Below, in pieces: positions 50,701 to 62,700 of a stretch of DNA of 64,000 bases (the stretch's first letter is position 1; every line of letters begins with the position of its first letter). The stretch is taken from assembly GCA_047495785.1 (NCBI GenBank), contig JBLDXI010000015.1:124001-188000 (forward strand), given 5' to 3'. This DNA is from Lepidodermella squamata (lineage: Eukaryota > Animalia > Gastrotricha). The notes below the pieces were generated by a model that saw only the letters and a list, made by a program, of their open reading frames with translations, was not told the DNA's origin and ran no database searches. The translations under genes were made by a program, and so were the position numbers.

Positions 50701-53700
50701 CGGAAGGTCGGAACGTGTAGCACCTCAAAATTGTTGTAGTAAATCGGGATCAAGTAATACACCCTCTCCTGCTGAGTTGGCGGGAATTTCGGCATTTGGC
50801 TATGAAAAATTGATTTGTTATGCCTGGCTACGTAGTCTTCCGTGAATTCTAACAGCCCCATCACCACGCCAGACCAGTCAACATTCCGCACGCGGAACGC
50901 ATAGGCGAAATTGTTCGATTTCATGTATTTGAATATGTCGTAATCAATGCGGGATTTGATGAAAGAGTCAGAGTCTAGCCTGAAGTAGTATTCAACATCT
51001 TGCATAGCTGGCTCGTTCAACAACCGATGGAACCAGAAATCGATCATGTGGCGGTAATTCAGTGGCCACCGATCAGCTAGTTCCATCTTGCGATTCGGGC
51101 CGAATTCAGGCGGAAGTTCAAATTTGATGGGGATGAATTCGATGAGAGCTCTGTCGCTGCCTTTCAGCCAATATTGCGTGTATTCGTTAAAACTTGTTTT
51201 GTTCCACGGCTCTTCGTAAAAAACAATGACAGGATACCGGAATTCTGAATTGAAATTTTCGAAAAGTGTCTGCAGTGAGTACGTGAATGCGCTGATGTGT
51301 TTGTTAGTTGTGAGGTATACAATTACGTTGCGTAAATTAACTGGAGGAGCTGACGTGGATGTCGTTAATTCAGTTGGCGTTCTGAGTAGTTTTGGGTTAG
51401 CAATTAGGAGGTAAATGAAGCCAGGAATGCATAGCACGACTAATCCTAGTTTTGAATATCGAGGCCAGTTCAGGGGGCAGGCCATCAACTACAAATCTAA
51501 AACGGCCTACAATTCGAAGAAAAATATCCTGACATGGTTGAAAATGACTTCAAAGGTCAGTTCTTAAATAATTTTCAAGAAAAAACTGAAATTTCGCGGC
51601 TTTCGGAAATTTCAACTGGATCTACAGAAATCGATACAGGATTCGATAACAGAAATATCAAGCGATTGATATTGGTAAACAAATGGTTTCCGAAATCCGA
51701 AATAAATTCCACTGATATTGAAGCGAAAAAGGCAAAATAAAGCATTATGAAAGGTTGCGTCCATGACTCATATTATTAATACTGGGTATATTACAAACTC
51801 AGCAGGTTGCTTATTAGCTTATATATCAAGTCTTAATGTACTCAACGTGCAGGCAGTTCAATTAAAGCGTGGCACTAAAAATTGCACTTTTTACAAGCGT
51901 CTTCAGTGTTCCAGTGCCTAAATGCATCCCTGATTTCAAATTATTTTAAGCACTTTGAAGTTCGTAGTTTAAATAAATAAATAAAAATAATCTCAAAACT
52001 GATAGCGCTAAATTTTATCAACTATGTGTTCACCAAAAAAACTGGTTATCAATAATCTCAAACATAAAAAATAAAAATAAAAATGAATTTAAGCATAAAA
52101 AAAGCTCAAGCCATCCCGTAAATTTTGGGTAAAATGTACCTGTGGCGAGTGACAGCGCTTCGTAGGACGGCTTGCGAGGCACAAAAACGCGAGCCAGATC
52201 AGCGCCCGATTCAACAATTGCCGGCAGACTAGGCGCTAGTCTGCTCAGAAAAGCCGAACTTGCGTCTCTGTTGTTGTACGTTGAATCCAACTCGCCGCCA
52301 GCTGTGATTTCGAGGTCGTTGCCTGGGAACCGCGTCGCAAAGTCGAAGTAGTGCAGCCATGCGGCGAAATGCGTGTCGGCTAGCGGCGCCGGCATTGAGC
52401 AGTTTGCGGCGAGTAGTGGCACCGCGTTCAGGGCGGTTCGAACGCGGCACGACAGTTCGGCTAAACTGGACCGCAACCATTGCGCAGTATCGGCTAGCCG
52501 TGTTTCCGCCTCATCTTTGCCTAAAATAATCAAATTAAACACCACGGTTTTACAAAAATTTTAAATAAGCGCAAAATAAAGTGCTACAGCAGGGTAAAAT
52601 TATTTAGGACGGAACGACGAGACGCAGAGGTTTTTTCGCGCTGTAGCGTTAAATATTGCGAATTAGACACTCATATTTTTACTGTAGCTAATCCTAATAG
52701 CCTCATTAAAATTCAAGTGGCGAAAGTCAAAACGGGGAGTTGTTGGTTTCAATTATGGTTCTTGTCCATCCCCAATCCCCAAACGCCGCACTAAGTAAAT
52801 TTATAAAACCGACAAATGTACTCAATTTTGGGCAGAATACCAGAGAATCTCAATCAATCCAGTTGCACAATGTATTTATCGATTAACCGGAAGCCTACAA
52901 CCTGATCGATCGCAAGTGCAACTGCTCCTTAAAAATGAGGCATCCTTATAGCCTTTTATATAAGTTGCTATATGGAATGGAAATTCTGAGCTGCCAATGT
53001 CTATAGAAAAAGTGGACTTTTGGACAAAGTGGAAGATTGGATGACCCTGAGCGATTTTGATTTTCGGCACTGAGGGTAATCTTGATCGGATGGTTGAAAG
53101 CCGGCACTTGTCCTCAGATGGGACATTCGTAATTGCTCCCAAAATGTTTTTTCAATTATATACCGTCCATGCAGTGATTCGCGAGACAATTGTTCCTCTG
53201 CTACACTGTTTTTACCAAACAAGAAAGAAGACACGTATCTAAGGGTTTTTAGGACCATACAGTTTCTTCGGCCTGAGCTCTGTCCGCCAATCTTTTTCAA
53301 CGATTTTGAAAAAGCCGCGCAGAACAAAATCGCTGATCCTGACACCGGCGTGTGGCCAAATGCTGAGCTTGCTGATTGTTTTTTACACTTGGCGCATGCG
53401 CTATTCAATGCAGTCAAGGAGCCTTCAATCGCAGTACCGCACTGATAGGGAAGTTCGTCTTCGATGCAAGTGGCTCGCAGCACTAGCATTTGTTCCCAAC
53501 ATCTCGCTGAAGCTTTTCAACAAATCGATGCGAAATTGAGCGAGATTGTTGGTCGAGTGTCTCAATTATCGCAATTATTGTACTGGCGTGGTACTTATCG
53601 ACACGGTGTTCTGGTTCAGAAGCCTCGCCACTATCCGGCGATTTGTCTATGTACAAGCGGTTACTCCATGTTTGTCTCGCACCGACAATTGCGCTGAAGC

Positions 53701-56700
53701 CAACCTGACAACGCGCTTTTCAGCTATTTCTAAAAACCCTTCGGTTTACAGTCTCGTCCACGGGCTGCTTGTTGAACAGGACGAAACCGAAAAAAGCCTC
53801 ACACGCTTTGACAAGGGCGAAGTGATTACAGGCCGGTCGAAAAAAACCAGTTGAAGGGAACGTCGAGCTAAAGCGAAATTTTCTTGAAAAAGTCCCTAAA
53901 CAAATACCTTACAAACTTTGTTGTTGTTTATTTTGATATGAAAACTTCGATTGAAAAGGGATGAATTCATGTTTTTTGGCCCGAATAAAATGCGTTGAAG
54001 CGATACAGTTTTGTGTCATTTTGTCGCAATAATAATCATCTTTGAAAATATAATAAATAAAAATTATTCTTGTTCTATTTTGGTTATATTTCATTTTGGT
54101 ATTTTCTATTTTGCGAATTTAATAAGTTTATGTCATTTTGGGTTGTTGCGTTTTGAGCCCTTGAGATCATTCAACAATCAAAAAAAAATCCTTTCAAAAC
54201 ACTCAAAGTTCAACGTGAAAAAGTGCAAAGAATCGAACGTACCTAATCTAGCGTGCAATTCGTGCCAGATGTTGTACTTGAGCGACAGCCGACCAGCAAG
54301 CAGAAGATCATCGGCGTTTTGCGACGCCGCCAGTTGGGCGATCAGCGTCGCTGGCACCGCAGCTTCGGCCAGCAGTTTGTAGTGACTGGCGTGCTGGATC
54401 TTGTCCTGGAACTTCAACGCCTCGAGCAGTTGCAGCTGAAACGCGTAGACGGACTTGGTGGAGGCGAAGCGCAGGGCGTACCTCAGGCCTTCGTACGCAG
54501 CTCGGGCGGCGTCGCGGAACACGCCGGCGACGAGCGCGACGTCCGACGCGAAGTAGAGCGCGTCGAGCACGTCGGCGAACTGCAGCAGGGTGTCGCCGAA
54601 CAGCGCCGATTTGAGGCCGAGGAAGTGCCGCGCTCGTAGCGTTCGACTGCGGTCGAATGACGCCAGGGTTTCGGACATGGCCTGTGCGGACGCCCAGAAG
54701 GAGGTGCACAGCGGCGATGACACAAGCCACCTAAAATACAACATCAATAGCATTTGTTATCGCAGATTTTAACAAAGCAAAGAGGAAAAGAATAATCACA
54801 TTCTCATCTGTGTACAGCGTGTTCTATTTATCAAAGAAAATACACGGAAAAGGGATCGATTGGTCTATTCCGGGCAATACCAAGAATTAAAAAAATTCCA
54901 ATGACCATAATAATGGAGTGTCGGGAGTTACGGGAAAGCATGTAAAACTTTGGTCCAACCGGCAGCCATGTTGCAACTTTTCAACTAATTTACTTTATCT
55001 CACTGTTACAGCCTCACAGTTAAATACTCAAAATGAGCACCTCGTTTAATAAGCAATACCCCGGGATGCCAGGTCTCAAATCTTTGGGACTTGTCATTAC
55101 GGCGAAAGACGGCGTCAATCGCGACGGAAGCCCTAATAAAATTGCCAAGATGTGGATGGGGATCAGATGCGGTTTTGCGCGTTTGGAAATTCTGCCTGCC
55201 AAACAGTCGCCTAAGTCGTAAAAGACAATGGATTTGAAACTAAATTCTCCTCCCGCAGAAGCCAGAATATCGACAATGCAATGTTGTTTACCAACTTTGT
55301 GATAATGGTAGCTTTGAGTTTTCAGGTTGAGGATGCTTGAAAAGTACCTTAACAACACGCCGAATTCGTTGTCAAGGATGCGGAAAATCGTAGACACGGC
55401 TCAGAAGATCTACAATGCAGCTACGATGTAGTGCGAATATATTAATTCTTCATAATTAATTTCAATTGGACCTGAGGATGGCACCTGCCTGTGCCGAAAC
55501 GTTGTCTTTGAAAAAATAAACGAGTTCGTCTATACGCGCTAATTTTTTGCTAAAACTGATTTGTTTGTGATTCAAGTAACATTCTTTTGAGTAGTTCTAG
55601 CGGTTGCCAACAGGTTATCAACGAGCTTCGTTTCTCTTTCAATCTGACTGTCATGAATAATAACCCAGCTGGTCTCATAGTAGGAAGGGCTATTGACGTT
55701 CCTCCTCCGGCACCTGGAACCTCTGAAACAGCTACGGCCACCAAAGTTCTGAGCTTTGTCATTCGCTTCGCAGCTAACAGCTTGATATTTACCGTTGCCA
55801 ACTGTCCGGTGACGGTTATTGGCGAATTTCCTGCGCGACGTTATTGCTGAAAGTCTAGCAAAAATCAGAGTTCAAGTCGTATCATTGACAATGGATGGCG
55901 ATTTTAAAAATTGGTCAATTGTCGATAACTGTTTTGATAAACAGCTCAAATTTCCTCATCCTTCCATTCCAGGGAAAGAATTATTGGTCTTAATCAACAT
56001 CCCACTCTCATCAAGGTAAATTACGTACATAATCATTCTCAATTTGGCATTTCTCTCGGCGCGTAGGGTAACGAAGGATGTCCTACTGAATGGAATTATG
56101 GATGAAGTCCGATCAAAGGTTCACGCTGTTCTTTCTTGCGCTTCTTCCGGTATTGCTTCCTTGCTTCTTCACAACGGCAGTACGGCTCATTCCTTCTCCA
56201 AAATTTCTATAATTTCTATCGAAGGCGATCCACCTTACGTCCGAGCGGACGGCCTGAGAGTCGTTCGAAAACTTGTCCGATTGGACGATACAGGAAACCG
56301 TTACTGTCTAAGAGTCCATGTCGGCGAGCGCGGCGACGACGAGATGGTGGACGTGCAAGAGCTGCCTAAAGACGATGCTGGTACTACTGCAGCGCGAGAG
56401 CAGGAACAGGAGTATGAGCAGCAGCAACACTGCCGCGAACAGTAACCGCACGCAGAGCAGGAGCAGGAAGCCCACCTGCAAGGGCAGGAACAATACGATG
56501 AACATGCCATGAGCTACGATGACAACGGTCGCGCCACTGGCGCTGCTGGCGCCGCTGGCAACGTTACCTCTGACGAGGACAGCGACAAGGATGAGCACGA
56601 GCGCAGCGACGCCGCCGCCGCCGTCTCCTCCAACGACGACGACGACGATGATGGCGAAGATGACGAGTCCCTCGCAAAGAGATATCACGAAGAAATGGAA

Positions 56701-59700
56701 CTCGCAACTCGCAACATCGAAGTTGACGAACTCGACGTACTGCTGTCGCGAGCCGAGACTACTTCAGTTGCGACTCCGCCATGGAAACGAGTAGAATATC
56801 TCCACCTGCCTTACCGCCTCATCGTCTCAGACTCAAGGTTGGCTTTCCAGTGATTCTCAAGAGGAACTCGTATCCTTCCAGGGGTCTGTGCAACGGATCC
56901 TACGCCATTTGGGCAGCAAGGTGTTACTTCAAAGGCCACTTGGTAGAAATACCTCGCATTCCCTTGATCTGCTCAAATGAATGTCCCATTTCCGTTACAG
57001 TTTCCGTTCGCCATGACAATAAACAAAAGCCAAGGGCAAACATTCAACTTTCTCGGTTTGTCGCTATGACACACCAGTGTGTTCAGCCATGGGCAGCTAT
57101 ATGTTGCCCTATCCAGGGTTCGGGACCCGAGACGGTTGGCCTGCCTTGGATAAACCGCCTTGGATAAACCGCGAAGACCTTACGCGAGAAACATTGTTTA
57201 CCGAGAGTCTCTGCTCTAACTATTTTTACAATTTTTTCCGATTATTATTATCGGCGAATAAAAAAGCCAGATTTCAATGCCTGTCAAAGTCTTTCTTTTA
57301 ATCTGTATTAATTTACGTACAGTTACTGTTTTTCATAGAGATCAGATTAACCAGAGAGGAAACTCAATGCAAAAATTGTCTACAAAAAGTCAACAATTTT
57401 TTTAAGATGGAATTTTTTATTTCGACTAATTACTGATTACCTGAAAACGCTTATTTTTCATTCGCAATGTGAAAACCGGACTAATATTATTAAAATTCCT
57501 CCTAAATGAAAAAATTGCGAAATGAATTTTTTACAGAATTTTTTCTGCATCAGTTTCCTCTCTGGTTAATCTGATCTCTATGATTACGTACATAATCATC
57601 CTCAATTTGGCAGTTCTCTCAGCGCATACGAAGGAAATCCCATTGTCCGAAACGGTTATGAATCCCCAAAGAATTTTCAAGCTGACATGAGGGCCTGGAA
57701 TCTAGTTGCGTCTCACCGGGAAGCACTGTCAACCAGTATCGACATAGACCAGAAGATCTTCGCGGAGAAGAATTAGGCAATCTTGGATGGTAGAGCATAA
57801 AATTAGTCTCACCGTTTGGATGGCTGAAATTTGGATTCTAGGTCTGAATATTAGCGGCCTGTTAGCAGGTTTTCTTATACCTATTTGAGATCAGCTACAG
57901 CTCTTTGAAACTGCTCACCACAATAAAGGGAATAAAACTTATTGGTATCAATTATAACAGAAAGCACGGTCCCGCCGATATCAAAGAAAAACATGAGAAA
58001 TGAGCATGCAAATGAAATGAGCATATTCATTCTGTCCAAAAGTGTAGGTAGAAGCAATGTCAATATTAGCTTCCGATACTGTTGACCATCGGTTCACGCA
58101 TGTAATTTGCGAAATTATCAAATAATTAAACAACAAACCTGCATAGATTGGTGCATTTCGACAGCGGTTTGAAGTGCGCCGGGCAGTCGATGATCGAGGA
58201 CGAAGTTTCGGCCTGCGCCGACGACAGGCACGTAGACGTGGCGCAGAACAGCCGCATGCGCAGCGACAACGTGTCCGGCAGTGGCACCCGCGACGACGAG
58301 CAGTTGAGCGCGTCGTCGCACGCGGCGACCAGCGGGCCTTCGACGCCCGTGTCCAGCAGGTGAATGCGAACTTGCAGCAACAGCCGTTCGAGACGCCGCT
58401 GCCACGAGTCCAACACACCGGCTTCGGTTAGCTCGGCTACTGTGCCTAAAAATAAAATTCAAATAATTATGGATTAATAAGAATTCAGATTTTAGTAGTC
58501 AGTTAGTCCCTTTAATCACTTTGGCCTCAAGTCAAGAGAAATACCGATGATTACTGAGCTGTAGTCCTATTGATTGTTCATGACACCTTGACGAAAGTGG
58601 GATAATTATTTCAATCTCGAAAAATACAAGACAAAATGAAAGATTTTCACTACTGAAAGCTTCCAGTATTTGAAGAAAACGCAAAACTTCGAAAATCCAC
58701 CAAACATGGGCCTAAATTCAGGGAACCAGCACTGAACTTAGCAAAAAATTGTGATTCCGAATTTCACGTCTTCATTGATATCTCAATTTTTTCATCATGC
58801 CTAACCGATAGATCTCACTTTTACGCTTATTTTGCGCTAAGATCAGGCAGATTGCGAGTTATAATTCAGCCTGCAGAGCCAAATGTCGATTCCAAGTAAC
58901 GATTTTATAATCAGTGATTTTTCTAATTTAATCATCTTGGAACCCATTGTCGAAAATTGTTCTTCATAGCGGAGCGCATAAATCTCTCGCATAAACTAAA
59001 TAAAAATCGCAGGCTTGATAAACAGGCGAAAACTGAAATTGAAAAGAATAGTAAAGAATTAGTGCCAGGGCGCTCAACTTTACAGCTGGAACCGCGATAA
59101 GCCTCAGAACCTCTCCTACAGGTGATCCGGCACGGTTCCATTGAATAAAAACTTCGTTTTCTTAATTTTTCAATTTAATAAAACTGACGAAAATTAGCCT
59201 GGTTGACGCATTCTATGAATTCATCCGGATGAATATAAATTCGAAAGGCTAGCGACATCGAAAATTTTAGTTAAGCGGAAATTGATAAGCGCATGAGTCC
59301 CTAGTATAGCATTATTCTTTTGACACGGTTTGAAAATTGAAAATAAGAAATTAAGCTTTACACGGCGGAATTTTTTTCAGCCAAGCAAAATAATTATTTG
59401 AATTCCCAGCAAATTAAGGAAGGAATCGGAAAATCGGCAACCACATGCCGATGCGCATATTTCCCATCAGTTACTGATTTCACTGAAAAAAAACTATCTC
59501 AATATAGCATTCGCTCAAAAACTATAGTGTTATTACCCATACCCATGCAATATTTGTATGATGTAGCAATTACGAGTGCTAAATCGTAAAATATTGCATG
59601 AAGTTCAGAGCATTCAAAAATTCTGACCAAAGTCACTGATGCCATCACCGAAAGAATGGACAGCAGAAAATGCAAAAAATCTCCAAAAATGTGCCTGCCG

Positions 59701-62700
59701 CTGACGACGCTGATTTCGACCTTTACGACGAATTAGAAATACTGCTGTTGTGCCAAGCGATGAACTTCAAGGACCTCAACATCCAGAGCGACTTACGCAC
59801 TTGGAATGAAGCGTGGAGAGCAGGCGATAAAAATCCTTTGTCCCCCAAGGATTCTGACCTAATGGACCTTATTGTGCACCTGCGCACTTTTCCTGTCGCA
59901 ACTGCCAAGTGCGAGCGCGGGTTCTCGACAATGAATTTGACCCAGACTGATCGCCTGAAAGTTACTGTTTTTTTACGTAATTAATTCAAATACACCTAAA
60001 AGTTCTTTGAATTCAAGATTTTCAGACTTGTTATTCATCTCGATAAATGTCAAAAATCGACCCTCTTCCTCACTGAAGAGCATGGCTTGCATCGGGGCGA
60101 AACAGCGCTCGATCTCAAAACCGGCTGAACCTCGGCGCACCGATTATTCAAATTGCCAAAGACAAGGCAAAAGATTAAATCTTCGGGAAACGGAATAATT
60201 TTTTGTTGTTCAACTAGGAACTAAGTGTTATTGAAAATAAAATGTCACAGTGACATATTGATGCTCGCGAAATTTTTTAAACATAGTTGAGTGTGCCCCC
60301 TAGATCCCGGAGGAAGTCGGAACACTGCTCATAACTCATTCATATCTGGATTCTCCGCAATCGATTTGGCCATGTCGACTCGGCTACGCCTCGTCAACAT
60401 GCCCGCATCTCGTGCTACGAATCTCAGATATAAATAAAATACTCGTCCTATATCATACAAATATAGATTCATCCGGATGAATTCATAGAAATCGTCAGCC
60501 AGGCTATTGTGCTGCCAGTTTTTCATGGAATTTAGAAAAAACGAAATGAGTAGTCAATTAGACCCTGCCAGACACGCCTGCGAAGTCAGATAGACCAGGA
60601 AAAATACCCAAGACATCGATTTACTCGATTGAAAAAAAATAAGGAAAACGTGCATCGGTTTGAAATTTCAAAATTGATCGTATTCTTAAGAAGAGATAAC
60701 TAAATTAGACTAATAGATCCTTGTAGGCAACATACGAAAGTAGTATTTTGCCAATTTGTATGGAAAAATTCGTTAAATTAATGGAACTGTGAATTAGCAA
60801 AGTCGAAATTCCGAAATCGTCCTTCCCGCCGTGAAAGTGAAAGCGTTAAGCAAAATGAAGAAATTGCTGACCTGAGTCGCTGAGCCAAGTTTTGAGCTGC
60901 AGGTAACACGCCAGGGCTAGGACGTGTTCACGCATGAGCAGCGCCAGGCCAGAGCACGTGTACAGCGTATTCAGCGCATCCTGGACCACGAAAACTGAAG
61001 CGCCGAATTTCGCCAAACTACCCAACGAGTCGATTTCCAGCAGAGCAGCCGTGCTTTTTCGCAGCAGTTCCAGCCACTTGTCCGACTCGGCGTGCTCCAG
61101 CGCCAGTTTCGGGTTGATTATCGCATGGTCGAAGCAGTTGCAGTGCGGCCGATTCGCAGCGTCCGGAATTTGGACGCCGTAACTCCGCAGCAATTCAGCT
61201 TGCGAGTTCGGCGAAACCAACATTTCATCTGGTTTCGCGGTTTGTCTAAAAAAAAGTTGAAATCACGGTCAGCAACAATGATCATTATAATAATAATGAA
61301 TAATAATAATAATAATGGTTTTATTTAGTCCTCCTCTCGATTAAGCATCTATACCGTAAAAACGGTTTTGAGGAGGGCGAAGGCAGGCGAAAGATGGAAA
61401 TCACCCACCCCCACAGTTGAAGATTCTACTTTTTCCAAAAAATTCATAATCATTCATTGAGTCAACAATGTTGCGCCATTCAATTTTATCAAAAGAAAGT
61501 AATTCAGTCAATTGCAGATCAGGAATAATTTTAATTTCAAATTTATTTTCTTTTTCGCCGGATTTTTTGTTTTTAGCTGGCTTTTTGCCTTTCTGGTTTT
61601 TGGGTTGTCTTTTCTTCCGGCGAACTTCCTTAACAATGCCAACCTTGTGTAGACTTCTGTTTATGCCGTTTATCCACCTAGTTCGAGGTCTGCCTCTCGG
61701 TGCGAACCACCCGAACGGAGGTGTCCACGTATAAATCAAGTTCAGAAGGCCGTACTCATCGTAATCACGAGATCTAATGATGTGTCCTAGATATCTTAAA
61801 CGCTGTTTTTCAATGATGCGGCTGACTTCGATCAGACCTCCGCACAATGCCAATCTAATGTCAATGTTAGGAATATAATCCATCAGGTGTATACCTAAAA
61901 TCGCTCGTAGCCAACGATATTCTAAAACATTCAACCTATTTTCCTGGCTTAAAGAAATATTCCAGGATTCGCAGGCGTAAATGATGGTAGGTACGATGAC
62001 GCAAGTGAGTACTTTCAATCTGGTTTGTAATGACACATGATTCCTACTGCACATGAATTTATTCATCGCACCAAATACGCTGCCAGCCTTTGAAATTCTA
62101 TAATTTAATTCTTCGTCAATGCGACCGTCGCTGGTTATAATGCTACCTAAGTATTTGAATTTGGAAACCTTTTCCAGTTTCGATCCGCGCAGCTCTAGTT
62201 CATAATTTCTTACTGCCGCATCGTCCCTGGAAATGATCATGTATTGAGTTTTTGCCACGTTAATTTTCAATCCTAATTCTTCGCATGCCATGTCAAAAAT
62301 TTCTAGAAGGCGCTTAATTTCGTCATGGTTCATGCCTAGGAGAGTTCCATCATCGGAGTTCCATCCAATCATGATCATTTTATTTTATAAAAAACGATGG
62401 TCTGCAGGTAGCGCATAGGCCCTGTTGCCCGAAGACACAGAATGAATATCTAGTTTTTGTTTACAACAATAGCAGAATTAGGAAAAAAACCACAAAGGTT
62501 AGGTAGATCTAGCTATATGACTTTATTTTCGACAAAACCGGATTTCATGGAGTTCAAAAGATCAGGAAAAAATATATAAAAAAATAAAATTTCAGGATAT
62601 AAGGGCCGATTTCAGGTGGCTAAGAAAACTTTTGGAATTTTTCACATCATCTGAAATTTATAAAAAAAATGTTTGGCCAAAGCTGGAACATTTTTTCCAG

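Noticed and set aside
50451-52140. Separase-GT15 fusion by alternative splicing
   Set aside because: The phase-1 donor at 52140 gives a frameshift or an immediate stop at both nearby acceptors.
54800-55400. GIY-YIG endonuclease upstream of the hammerhead
   Set aside because: Only a weak LVYSGQ resemblance, interrupted by stops.
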